Assembly: GCA_964016885.1 (NCBI GenBank)
Contig: OZ024745.1
Location: 2,542,001 to 2,606,000, forward strand
DNA: 64,000 bases
From: Eledone cirrhosa
Taxonomy: Eukaryota
Direction: 5' to 3'
Positions within the stretch are counted from its first letter, which is position 1. Each line of letters starts with the position of its first letter. Below, one piece after another: positions 44,641 to 57,177 of this stretch. The notes beneath the pieces are model-generated. The model searched no databases. It had not been told where the DNA came from and saw only the letters and a list, made by a program, of their open reading frames with translations. The position numbers and the translations under genes were made by a program.

Positions 44641-47600
44641 TCTACCTCTACATATTAGGAGAAGTCTCTACCTCTACATATTATGTGAGGGTTCTACATC
44701 TACATATTAGGAGAGGGCTCTACCTCTACATATTAGGAGAGGGCTCTACCTCTACATATTAGGAGAGGTCTCTACCTCTATATATTAGGAGAGGGTTCTA
44801 CCTCTACATATTATGAGAGGGCTCTACATATTAGGAGAGGGCTCTACATATTAGGAGAGGGCTGTACCTCTACATATTAGGAGAGGGTTCTACCTCTACA
44901 TATTAGGAGAAGGCTCTACCTCTACATATTAGGAGAAGGCTCTACATATTAGGAGAGGGTTCTACCTCTACATATTAGGAGAGGGCTCTACCTCTATATA
45001 TTAGGAGAGGTCTCTACCTCTACATATTAGGAGAGGGTTCTACCTCTACATATTAGGAGAGGGCTCTACCTCTACATATTAGGAGAGGGCTCTACCTCTA
45101 CATATTAGGAGAGGGCTCTACCTCTACATATTAGGAGAGGGCTCTACATATTAGGAGGGGGTTCTACCTCTATATATTAGGAGAGGGCTCTACCTCTACA
45201 TATTAGGAGAGGGCTCTACCTCTACATATTAGGAGAGGGCTCTACATATTAGGAGGGGGTTCTACCTCTATATATTAGGAGAGGGCTCTACCTCTACATA
45301 TTATGAGAGGGCTCTACATATTAGGAGAGGGCTCTACCTCTACATGTTAGGAGAGGGCTCTACCTCTATATATTAGGAGAAGGCTGTACCTCTACATATT
45401 ATGAGATAGTTCTACATGTACATATTAGGAGAGTGCTCTACATATTAGGAGAGGGCTCTACATATTAGGAGAAGGCTCTACCTCTATATATTAGGAGAGG
45501 GCTCTACCTCTACATATTATGAGAGGGCTCTACATATAAGGAGAGGGCTCTACATATTAGCAGATGGCTCTACCTTTATATATTAGGAGAGGGCTCTACC
45601 TCTACATATTAGGAGAGGGGTCTACCTCTACATATTAGGAGAGTGCTCTACATATTAGGAGAGGTCTCTACCTCTATATATTAGGAGAGGGCTCTACCTC
45701 TACATATTTTGAGAGGGCTCTACATATTAGGAGAGGGCTCTACCTCTATATATTAGGAGAGGGGTCTACCTCTACATATTAGGAGAGGGCTCTACCTCTA
45801 CATATTAGGAGAGGGGTCTACCTCTACATATTAGGAGAGGGCTCTACATATTACGAGAGGGCTCTACCTCTATATATTAGGAGAGGGGTCTACCTCTACA
45901 TATTAGGAGAGGGCTCTACCTCTACATATTAGGAGAGGGCTCTACCTCTACGTATTAGGAGAGGGCTCTACATATTAGGAGAAGGCTCTACCTCTACGTA
46001 TTAGGAGAGGGCTCTACATATTAGGAGAGGGCTCTACCTCTACATATTAGGAGAGGGCTCTACATATTAGGAGAGGGCTCTACCTCTACATATTAGGAGA
46101 GGGCTCAACCTCTACATATTAGGAGAGGGCTCTACCTCTACATATTAGGAGAGGGCTCTACCTCTACATATTAGGAGAGGGTTCTACCTCTACATATTAG
46201 GAGAAGGCTCTACCTCTACATATTAGGAGAAGGCTCTATATATTAGGAGAGGTCTCTACCTCTACATATTAGGAGAGGGTTCTACCTCTACATATTGGGA
46301 GGGGGCTCTACCTCTACATATTAGGAGAGGGCTCTACCTCTACATATTAGGAGAGGGCTCTACATATTAGGAGAGGGCTCTACCTCTACATGTTAGGAGA
46401 GGGCTCTACCTCTATATATTAGGAGAAGGCTGTACCTCTACATATTATGAGAGGGCTCTACCTCTACATATTGAGAGAGGGCTCTACCTCTACATATTAG
46501 GAGAGGGGTCTACCTCTACGTATTAGGAGAGGGCTCTACATATTACGAGAGGGCTCTACCTCTATATATTAGGAGAGGGTCTACCTCTACATATTATGAG
46601 AGGGCTCTACATATTAGGAGAGGTCTCTACATATTAGGAGAGGGCTCTACCTCTACATATTAGGAGAGGTTTCTACCTCTACATATTAGGAGAGGTCTCT
46701 ACCTCTACGTATTAGGAGAGGGTTCTAACTCTACATATTAGGAGAGGGCTCTACCTCTACATATTAGGAGAGGGCTCTACCTCTATAAGGAGAAGGCTCT
46801 ACCTCTACATATTATAAGAGGGCTCTACATATTAGGAGAGGGTTCTACCTCTACATATTAGGAAAGGGCTCTACATATTAGGAGAGGGCTCTATCTCTAC
46901 ATATTAGGAGAGGGCTCTACATATTAGGAGACGGCTCTACCTCTACATATTAGGAGAGGGCTCTACCTCTACATATTAGGAGAGGGCTCTACCTCTACAT
47001 ATTAGGAGAAGTCTCTACCTTTACATATTATGTGAGGGTTCTACATCTACATATTAGGAGAGGGCTCTACCTCTACATATTAGGAGAGGGCTCTACCTCT
47101 ACATATTAGGAGAGGTCTCTACCTCTATATATTAGGAGAGGGCTCTACCTCTACATATTATGAGAGGGCTCTACATATTAGGAGAGGGCTCTACCTCTAC
47201 GTATTAGGAGAGGGCTCTACATATTAGGAGAGGGCTCTACCTCTACATATTAGGAGAGGGCTCTACATATTAGGAGAGGGCTCTACCTCTACATATTAGG
47301 AGAGGGTTCTACCTCTACATATTAGGAGAAGGCTCTACCTCTACATATTAGGAGAAGGCTCTACATATTAGGAGAGGGTTCTACCTCTACATATTAGGAG
47401 AGGGCTCTACCTCTATATATTAGGAGAGGTCTCTACCTCTACATATTAGGAGAGGGTTCTACCTCTACATATTAGGAGAGGGCTCTACCTCTACATATTA
47501 GGAGAGGGCTCTACCTCTACATATTAGGAGAGGGCTCTACATATTAGGAGGGGGTTCTACCTCTATATATTAGGAGAGGGCTCTACCTCTACATATTATG

Positions 47601-50600
47601 AGAGGGCTCTACATATTAGGAGAGGGCTCTACCTCTACATGTTAGGAGAGGGCTCTACCTCTATATATTAGGAGAAGGCTGTACCTCTACATATTATGAG
47701 AGGGTTCTACATATTAGGAGAGTGTTCTACATATTAGAAGAGGGCTCTACATATTAGGAGAAGGCTCTACCTCTACATATTATGAGAGGGCTCTACATAT
47801 AAGGAGAGGGCTCTACATATTAGCAGATGGCTCTACCTCGACATATTAGGAGAGGGCTCTCCATATTAGGAGAGGGCTCTACCTCTACATATTATGAGAG
47901 GGCTCTACCTTTATATATTAGGAGAAGGCTCTACCTATACATATTATGAGAGGGTTCTACATCTAAATATTAGGAGAGGGCTCTACATATTAGGAGAGGT
48001 CTCTACCTCTACATATTAGGAGAGGGCTCTGCCTCAACATATTAGAAGAGGGCTCTACATATTAGGAGAGGTCTCTACCTCTATATATTAGGAGAGGGCT
48101 CTACCTCTACATATTATGAGAGGGCTCTACATATTAGGAGAGGGCTCTACGTCTATATATTAGGAGAGGGCTCTACATATTAGGAGAGGGCTCTACATAT
48201 TAGGAGAGGGCTCTACCTCTACATATTAGTAGAGGGCGCTAGATATTAGGAGAGGGCTCTACCTCTACATATTAGGAGAGGGTTCTACCTCTACATATTA
48301 GGCGAGGGCTCTACATATTAGGAGAGGGCTCTACATATTAGGAGTGGGCTCTACCTCTACATATTAGGAGAGGGCTCTACCTCTACATATTAGGAGAGGT
48401 CTCTACCACTACATATTAGGAGAGAGTTCTACATCTACATATTAGGAGAGGGCTCTACCTCTACATATTAGGAGAGGTCTCTACCTCTACATATTAGGAC
48501 AGGGCTCTACCTCTACATATTAGAAGAAGGCTCTACATATTAGGAGAGGTCTCTACCTCTATATATTAGGAGAGGGCTCTACCTCTACATATTATGAGAG
48601 GGCTCTACCTCTACATATTAGGAGAGGGCTCTACATAGTTTGAGAGGGCTCTACCTCTATATATTAGGAGAAGGCTCTACCTCTACATATTAGGAGAGGG
48701 TTCTACCTCTACATATTAGGAGAGGGCTCTACCTCTATATATTAGGAGAAGGCGCTACCTCTACATATTATGAGAGGGTTATACATCTACATATTAGGAG
48801 AGGGCTCTACATATTAGGAGAGGGTTCTACGTCTACATATTAGGAGAGTGTTCTACATATTAGGAGAGGGCTCTACCTCTACATATTAGGAGAGGGCTCT
48901 ACCTCTACATATTAGGAGAGGGCTCTAGCTCTACATATTAGGAGAGGTCTCTATCTCTACATATTATGAGAGGGTTCTACATCTACATATTAGAGAGGGC
49001 TCTACATATTAGGAGAGGGCTCTACCTCTATATATTAGGAGAAGGCTCTATCTCTACATATTGTGAGAGGGCTCTACATATTAGGAGAGGGCTCTACATA
49101 CTAGGAGAGGGTTCTACCTCTACATATTAGGAAATGGCTCTACATATAAGGAGAGGGCTCTACCTCTACATATTAGGAGAGGGCTCTACATATTAGGAGA
49201 CGGCTCTACCTCTACATATTAGGAGAGGGCTCTACCTCTACATATTAGGAGAGGGCTCTACCTCTACATATTAGGAGAGGGCTCTACCTTTACATATTAT
49301 GTGAGGGTTCTACATCTACATATTAGAAGAGGGCTCTACCTCTACATATTAGGAGAGGGCTCTACCTCTACATATGAGGAGAGGTCTCTACCTCTATATA
49401 TTAGGAGAGGGCTCTACCTCTACATATTATGAGAGGGCTCTACATATTAGGAGAGGGCTCTACCTCTACGTATTAGGAGAGGGCTCTACATATTAGGAGA
49501 GGGCTCTACCTCTACATATTAGGAGAGGGCTCTACCTCTACATATTAGGAGAGGGCTCTACCTCTACATATTAGGAGAGGGCTCTACCTCTACATATTAG
49601 GAGAAGTCTCTACCTTTACATATTATGTGAGGGCTCTACCTCTACATATTAGGAGAGGGCTCCACATATTAAAAGAGGTCTCTACCTCTACATATTAGGA
49701 GAGGGCTCTACCTCTACATATTAGGAGGGGGTTCTACCTCTATATATTAGGAGAAGGCTGTACCTCTACATATTATGAGAGTGTTCTACATATTAGGAGA
49801 GGTCTCTACCTCTACATATTAGGAGAGAGCTCTACATGTTAGGAGAGGGCTCTACATATTAGGAGGGGGTTCTACCTCTATATATTAGGAGAAGGCTGTA
49901 CCTCTATATATTATGAGAGTGTTCTACATATTAGGAGAGGTCTCTACCTCTACATATTATGAGAGGGCTCTACATATAAGGAGAGGGCTCTACATATTAG
50001 CAGATGGCTCTACCTCGACATATTAGGAGAGGGCTCTACATATTAGGAGAGGGCTCTACCTCTACATATTATGAGAGGGCTCTACCTTTATATATTAGGA
50101 GAAGGCTCTACCTCTACATATTATGAGAGGGTTCTACATCTACATATTAGGAGAGGGCTCTACATATTAGGAGAGGGCTCTACGTCTATATATTAGGAGA
50201 AGGCTCTACCTCTACATATTATGAGAGGGCTCTACATATTAGGAGAGGGCTCTACATATTAGGAGAGGGCTCTACCTCTACATATTAGTAGAGGGCGCTA
50301 GATATTAGGAGAGGGCTCTACCTCTACATATTAGGAGAGGGTTCTACCTCTACATATTAGGCGAGGGCTCTACATATTAGGAGAGGGCTCTACATATTAG
50401 GAGTGGGCTCTATCTCTACATATTAGGAGAGGGCTCTACCACTACATATTAGGAGAGAGCTCTACCTCTACATATTAGGAGAGGGCTCTACCTCTACATA
50501 TTAGGAGTGGGCTCTACCTCTAAATATTAGGAGAGGGCTCTACCTCTACATATTAGGAGAGGGCTCTACATATTAGGAGAGGGCTCTACCTCTACATATT

Positions 50601-53600
50601 AGGAGAGGTCTCGATCTCTACATATTAGGAGAGGGCTCTACCTATACATATTAGGAGAGGGCTCAACATATTAGGAGAGGGCTCTACCTCTACATATTAG
50701 CAGAAGGCTCTACATATACATATTAGGAGAAGGCTCTACACATTAGGAGAAGGCTCTACATCTACATATTAGGAGAGGGCTCTACCTCTACATATTAGGA
50801 GAGGGCTCTACATATTAAGCGAGGGTTCTACATATTAGGAGAGGGCTTTACATATTAGGAGAGGTCTCTACCACTACATATTAGGAGAAGGCTCTACCTC
50901 TACATATTAGGAGAAGGCTCTACATATTAGGAGAGGGTTCTACCTCTACATATTAGGAGAAGGCTCTACCTCTGCATATTAGGAGAAGGCTCTACATATT
51001 AGGAGAGGGTTCTACCTCTACATATTAGGAGAGGGCTCTACCTCTACATATTAGGAGAGGTCTCTACCTCTACATTTTAGGAGAGGGTTCTACCTCTACA
51101 TATTAGGAGAGGGCTCTACCTCTACATATTAGGAGAGGGCTCTACCTCTACATATTAGGAGAGGTTTCAACCTCTACATATTAGGAGAGGGCTCTACCTC
51201 TACATATTAGGAGAGGTCTCTACCTCTACATATTAGGAGAGGGTTCTACCTCTACATATTAGGAGAGGGCTCTACCTCTACATATTAGGATAGGGCTCTA
51301 CCTCTACATATTAGGAGAGGGCTCTACATATTAGGAGAGGGCTCTACCTCTACATATTAGGATAGGGCTCTACCTCTACATATTAGGAGAGGGCTCTACA
51401 TATTAGGAGATGGCTCTACCTCTACATATTAGGAGAGGGCTCTACCTCTACATATTAGGAGAGGGCTCTACCTCTATATATTAGGAGAAGGCTCTACCTC
51501 TACATATTTTGAGAGATTATACATCTACATATTAGGAGAGGGTTCTACCTCTACATATTAGGAAAGGACTCTACATATTAGGAGAGGGCTCTACCTCTAC
51601 ATATTAGGAGAGGGCTCTACATATTAGGAGATGGCTCTACCTCTACATATTAGGAGAGGGCTCTACCTCTACATATTAGGAGAGGTCTCTACCTCTACAT
51701 ATTAGGAGAAGACTCTACCTCTACATATTAGTAGGGGGCTCTACATATTAAGCGAGGGCTCTACATATTAGGAGAGGGCTCTACATATTAGGAGAGGTCT
51801 CTACCTCTACATATTAGGAGAGGGCTCTACCTCTACATATTAGGAGTGGGCTCCACATATTAGGAGAGGGCTCTACCTCTATATATTAGGAGAAGGCTCT
51901 ACCTCTACATATTATGAGAGGGCTCTACATATTTGGAGAGGGCTCTACATATTAGGAGAGGGCTCTACATATTAGGAGAGGGCTCTACCTCTACATATTA
52001 GTAGAGGGCGCTACATATTAGGAGAGGTCTCTACCTCAACATATTAGGACAAGGCTCTACCTCTACATATTAGGAGAAGGCTCTACATATTAGGAGAGGG
52101 TTCTACCTCTACATATTAGGAGAGGGTCCTACCTCTACATATTAGGAAAGGGGTCTACCTCTACATATTAGGAGAGGGCTCTACCTCTACATATTAGGAG
52201 AGGGGTCTACCTCTACATATTAGGAGAGGGCTCTACATATTACGAGAGGGCTCTACCTCTATATATTAGGAGAGGGCTCTACCTCTACATATTATGAGAG
52301 GGCTCTACATATTAGGAGAGGTCTCTACATATTAGGAGAGGGCTCTACCTCTACATATTAGGAGAGGTTTCTACCTCTACATATTAGGAGAGGGCTCTAC
52401 CTCTACATATTAGGAGAGGTCTCTACCTCTACGTATTAGGAGAGAGTTCTACCTCTACCTATTAGGAGAGGGCTCTACATCTACGTATTAGGAGAGGGTT
52501 CTACCTCTACATATTAGGTGAGGTTTCTACCTCTACATATTAGGAGAGGGTTCTACCTCTACGTATTAGGAGCGGTCTCTACCTCTACGTATTAGGAGAG
52601 GGTTCTACCTCTACATATTAGGAGAGGGTTCTACCTCTACGCATTAGGAGAGGGTTCTACCTCTACATATTATGAGAGGGTTCTACCTCTACGTATTAGG
52701 AGAGTGTTCTACCTCTACATATTAGGAGAGGTTTCTACCTCTACATATTAGGAGAGGGCTCTACCTCTACATATTATGAGAGTGCTCTACATATTAGGAG
52801 AGGGCTCTACCTCTACATATAAGGAGAGGGCTCTACCTCTATAAGGAGAAGGCTCTACCTCTACATATTAGGAGAGGGCTCTACATATTAGGAGAGGGTT
52901 CTACCTCTACATATTAGGAAAGGGCTCTATATATTAGGAGAGGGCTCTATCTCTACATATTAGGAGAGGGCTCTACATATTAGGAGAGGGCTCTACCTCT
53001 ACATATTAGGAGAGGGCTCTACCTCTACATATTAGGAGAAGTCTCTACCTTTACATATTATGAGAGGGTTCTACATCTACATATTAGGAGAGGGCTCTAC
53101 CTCTACATATTAGGAGAGGGCTCTACATATTAGGAGAGGGCTCTACCTCTACATATTAGGAGAGGGTTCTACCTCTACATATTAGGAGAAGGCTCTACCT
53201 CTACATATTAGGAGAAGGCTCTACATATTAGGAGAGGGTTCTTCCTCTACATATTAGGAGAGGGCTCTACCTCTATATATTAGGAGAGGTCTCTACCTCT
53301 ACATATTAGGAGAGGGCTCTACCTGTACATATTAGGAGAGGGCTCTACCTGTACATATTAGGAGAGGGCTCTACATATTAGGAGAGGGTTCTACCTCTAT
53401 ATATTAGGAGAGGGCTCTACCTCTACATATTATGAGAGGGCTCTACATATTAGGAGAGGGCTCTACCTCTACATATTAGGAGAGGGCTCTACCTCTATAT
53501 ATTAGGAGAGGGCTCTACATATTAGGAGAAGGCTCTACCTCTATATATTAGGAGAGGGCTCTACCTCTACATATTATGAGAGGGCTCTACATATTAGGAG

Positions 53601-54517
53601 AGGGCTCTGCATATTAGGAGATGGCTCTACCTCGACATATTAGGAGAGGGCTCTACATATTAGGAGAGGGCTCTACCTCTACATTTTAGGAGAGGGCTCT
53701 ACCTTTATATATTAGGAGAAGGCTCTACCTATACATATTATGAGAGGGTTCTACATATACATATTAGGAGAGGTCTCTACATATTAGGAGAGGTCTCTAC
53801 TTCTACATATTAGGAGAGGGCTCTACCTCTACATATTAGAAGAGGGCTCTACATATTAGGAGAGGTCTCTACCTCTATATATTAGGAGAGGGCTCTACCT
53901 CTACATATTATGAGAGGGCTCTACATATTAGGAGAGGGCTCTACCTCTATATATTAGGAGAAGGCTCTACCTCTACATATTATGAGAGGCCTCTACATAT
54001 TAGGAGAGGGCTCTACATATTAGGAGAGGGCTCTACATATTAGGAGAGGGCTCTACCTCTACATATTAGGAGAGGGCTCTACATATTAGGAGAGGGCTCT
54101 ACCTCTACATATTAGGAGAGGGTTCTACCTCTAGATATTAGGCGAGGGCTCTACATATTAGGAGAGGGCTCTACATATTAGGAGTGGGCTCTACCTCTAC
54201 ATATTAGGAGAGGGCTCTACCTCTACATATTAGGAGAGGGCTCTACCACTACATATTAGGAGAGGGCTCTACCTCTACATATTAGGAGAGGGCTCTACCT
54301 CTACATATTAGGAGAGGGCTCTACATATTAGGAGAGGGCTCTACCTCTACATATTAGGAGAGGGCTCTACATATTAGGAGAGGGCTCTACCTCTACATAT
54401 TATGAGAAGGCTCTACATATTAGGAGAGGGTTCTACATATTAGAAATTCTTAAAATATTCTATAATTCGTATTTTTATTTTACAAATTTAGTCAATTACA
54501 CACAGAGAAATAGAGAG

Positions 54518-54547
54518 GATTAATTTCGGACGCTAGTCCTTCATCAG
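54518..54547 (-). ncRNA. Partial or minimal hammerhead motif (outer, left arm)
   Basis: Minus strand reads CUGAUGA-A-GGAC(UAGC)GUCC-GAA-AUUAAU-C. Stem III is palindromic, but no stem I pairing is visible. Confidence 0.55.
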
Positions 54548-54823
54548 AAGAAAGAATGAGAAATAACAATAGCTTGAGGGGACGGGCGGGTTGGAATTGT
54601 AAAAAAATATCTTTAGATAAAAATAACAGGTCCATTCATGTTGACATCTCTTGCATATATATGATATTAGGATTGGTGCTCTGAAATAGCGATGTATACA
54701 TGAATGTATGTATATGTGGCAATATACCGTATGTTTAATTAAAAACATTTAGAAGACCATACGCTATCAGTTTTAAAGTAGTGACCATGTCACTTACTTC
54801 TTTTCGGCGAAAGAAGGAAGAGA

Positions 54824-54864
54824 AGCTAACAGTCTGTTTCACGCTGTTGGAGTTCATCAGAGCC
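54824..54864 (-). ncRNA. Minimal type I hammerhead ribozyme, intact core
   Basis: Minus strand reads GGCU-CUGAUGA-ACUC(CAACA)GCGU-GAA-ACAG(A)CUGU-U-AGCU. Stem I is GGCU/AGCU, stem II has one mismatch, stem III is near-palindromic, and the cleavage triplet is GUU. Confidence 0.75.
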
Positions 54865-55071
54865 ACGTACTGCCCTCTTCCGCCGATAATTATAGAAGCT
54901 GGATTCTTATAGAATTCCAGTAATAATTAGGAGCTGATTATACAGAGCGATTGCCGGCCCAGCAAAAATTAGGTATTAGGATTGGTGCTCTGTATAATCA
55001 GCTCCTAATTATTACTGGAATTCTATAAGAATCCAGCTTCTATAATTTCCGGCGGAAGCAGGGGAGTGCGT

Positions 55072-55113
55072 GGCTCTAATGAACGCCAACCAGCGTGAAA
55101 CAGACTGTCAGCT
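55072..55113 (+). ncRNA. Type I hammerhead with mutated core (CUAAUGA, G5A), probably inactive
   Basis: GGCU-CUAAUGA-ACGC(CAACCA)GCGU-GAA-ACAG(A)CUGU-C-AGCU. Stem II is perfect and the triplet is GUC, but there is a G>A change at 55078. Confidence 0.7.
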
Positions 55114-55389
55114 TCTCTCCCTTCTTTCGCCGAAAAGAAGTAAGTGACATGGTCACTACTTTAAAACTGATAGCGTATGGTCTTCTAAATGTTTTTAATT
55201 AAACATACGGTATATTGCCACATATACATACATTCATGTATACATCGCTATTTCAGAGCACCAATCCTAATATCATATATATGCAAGAGATGTCAACATG
55301 AATGGACCTGTTATTTTTATCTAAAGATATTTTTTTACAATTCCAACCCGCCCGTCCCCTCAAGCTATTGTTATTTCTCATTCTTTCTT

Positions 55390-55419
55390 CTGATGAAGGA
55401 CTAGCGTCCGAAATTAATC
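55390..55419 (+). ncRNA. Partial or minimal hammerhead motif (outer, right arm)
   Basis: CUGAUGA-A-GGAC(UAGC)GUCC-GAA-AUUAAU-C; no visible stem I. Confidence 0.55.
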
Positions 55420-55443
55420 TTCTCTAATATTGCCTAATATACT

Positions 55444-55451
55444 ATACATAC

Positions 55452-55548
<97 letters not shown>
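55444..55548. repeat. (TACA)n/(TA)n microsatellite
   Basis: Directly visible. Confidence 0.97.
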
Positions 55549-55550
<2 letters not shown>

Positions 55551-55691
55551 AGTGGAAGCTTAGTAAAATCGAAGCTTTGGCTGTGGCCAAGCTAACAACC
55601 TACAATTAGGAATGAGCAGCAAAGCACTCGATAAGGTTGCAGGCCTTAGAGTAATAACATACGTTTAGATAGCTTGAGAGATTGAAAATTG

Positions 55692-55695
<4 letters not shown>

Positions 55696-55742
<47 letters not shown>
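55696..55742. repeat. (TA)n microsatellite
   Basis: Directly visible. Confidence 0.97.
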
Positions 55743-55744
<2 letters not shown>

Positions 55745-55871
55745 AAAGTTATATTTAAATTGTTGGGTTACAACTAGTAAATATTTATAACTGATATAAA
55801 AGCACTCGACAAATATTTGGAGTATATTTACAATATTAAATAAATGGAAACTATATTTATAAAACCATATT

Positions 55872-55937
55872 TATTTCATTATATATATTTCAGGGATATC
55901 ATATTAACAATATGCTATGCCTTCCTCAGACAAAATA
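55872..55937 (-). ncRNA. Type I hammerhead ribozyme, intact core, long stem II
   Basis: Minus strand reads UAUUUUGU-CUGAGGA-AGGCAUAGCAUAUU(GUU)AAUAUGAUAUCCCU-GAA-AUAUAUAU-A-AUGAAAUA. Stem I is 8 bp with 2 GU pairs, stem II is 14 bp with 2 mismatches, stem III is palindromic, and the triplet is AUA. Confidence 0.75.
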
Positions 55938-57111
55938 CAATATAAACAGTTTTATAGATAAATAGATTCGACATACCGTAACAACATCGACTTGTATTTG
56001 AAAAGGTTGATTTGGCAGTGAAAAAAGTGTACACAGAGAGAAAGAAAGAGAGAAAAAAGGAAAGAAAGACAGAAAACGAAGAAAAAGAAGAAATGCATGG
56101 AACAAAATAGAGAGATGGAAAGATAGATAAAGAGAAGAACTTCATGTAAAGAAACAGAAAGAGATATATATATAGAGAGAGAGAGGAAATAGAGATAGAT
56201 ACATATATATAGAAAACTAGGTAGTGGGACGTCTGTTGAGTAAACGTATCAATGATACATTTATTTATTTATTTATTTATTTATTTAGCTCTAGTATTAA
56301 TGTAAGGGAGATATATGGAGAGAAACCAGCTGTTATATATAGAGAGAAAAAAAATATAGAGAGAGAAAAAATATAGAGAGAGAAAAAAATTTAAAAATAA
56401 CCAGACACAGGCGAGGCGTAAAAAACCTCTGTTTTAATGTAGAGGTATTAGTATTTACAAAAACCAGCCACTACATTGTAAATATCAGTATTCCTGAATG
56501 AGACATGTATCCATAATGTGTGAAAATTAATGATCTTATGTTTAGTTTTTTTAAAAATTCATATGTTTATGTGATAACTACAAACATCTATGTGAATCTA
56601 CATGATCAACTCTGCAAACCCTAGGTTCACGGAAAACATTCTCAATGTGGTATAAAAATTTAAGTATACATATATGTGTATATATATACACACAAATATA
56701 TATAGAGTCAATATTACTATTTCTGTCTTTATTCTACAAGATTATCTATCAAGCAGAAATAGAGAGCAGATTTCAATATACTAATAAAAATATATCAGAA
56801 ACAAAACTAAAAAATAACAATAATAATAATAAGTAATAATAAAATAGAAAACTAAAAAATATTACGAAAGAATATTACATATTAAAAATATTAAAAATAT
56901 TACATCTCTTTATCTATCTTTCCATCTCTCTATTTTGTTCCATGCATTTCTTCTTTTTCTTCTTTTTCTTCGTTTTCTGTCTTTCTTTCCTTTTTTCTCT
57001 CTTTCTTTCTCTCTGTGTACACTTTTTTCACTGCCAAATCAACCTTTTCAAATACAAGTCGATGTTGTTACGGTATGTCGAATCTATTTATCTATAAAAC
57101 TGTTTATATTG

Positions 57112-57177
57112 TATTTTGTCTGAAAAAGGCATAGCATATTGTTAATATGATATCCCTGAAATATATATAATGAAATA
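57112..57177 (+). ncRNA. Inverted copy of the above hammerhead with mutated core (CUGAAAA, G8A), probably inactive
   Basis: Same stems as 55872-55937, but the core reads ctgaaaa instead of ctgagga. Confidence 0.65.

Larger units (their letters stand above)
1..54443. repeat. Large tandem satellite array of mixed 26-bp (GGAGAGGGCTCTACCTCTACATATTA) and 20-bp (GGAGAGGGCTCTACATATTA) monomers, roughly 2,200-2,300 units; continues past the left edge
   Basis: The monomer is directly visible throughout in a single orientation, with point variants (GGTT, GTCT, AAGG, TATG, etc.). The array ends at ...ttctacatattag near 54443. The ORF track lists no ORF here. Confidence 0.99.
54511..55426. mobile_element. 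916-bp palindrome (arms 54511-54948 and 54987-55426, 38-bp spacer) carrying two HHR-type motifs per arm; resembles an inverted Penelope-like pseudo-LTR or foldback
   Basis: The arms are reverse complements, so the ORF track gives the same 71-aa translation on both strands. It begins and ends with TA. The PLE assignment is inferred from the HHR motifs. Confidence 0.8.

Noticed and set aside
1-54443. CRISPR array or repetitive-protein gene
   Set aside because: There are no unique spacers, the monomers abut directly, and TAG/TAA stops recur on both strands with no ORF listed.
1-54443. True (TTAGG)n telomere
   Set aside because: TTAGG is never tandem, and the G-rich motif points toward the unique flank rather than toward the open left end.
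54533-55404. Duplicated 71-aa ORF as a real gene pair
   Set aside because: The identity simply reflects the palindrome; there is no recognisable domain, and the ORF overlaps HHR-bearing non-coding repeat.
55915-57123. Hydrophobic Phe/Leu/Ser-rich ORFs as membrane peptides
   Set aside because: They derive from pyrimidine tracts in the inverted-repeat arms and AT-rich low-complexity DNA.
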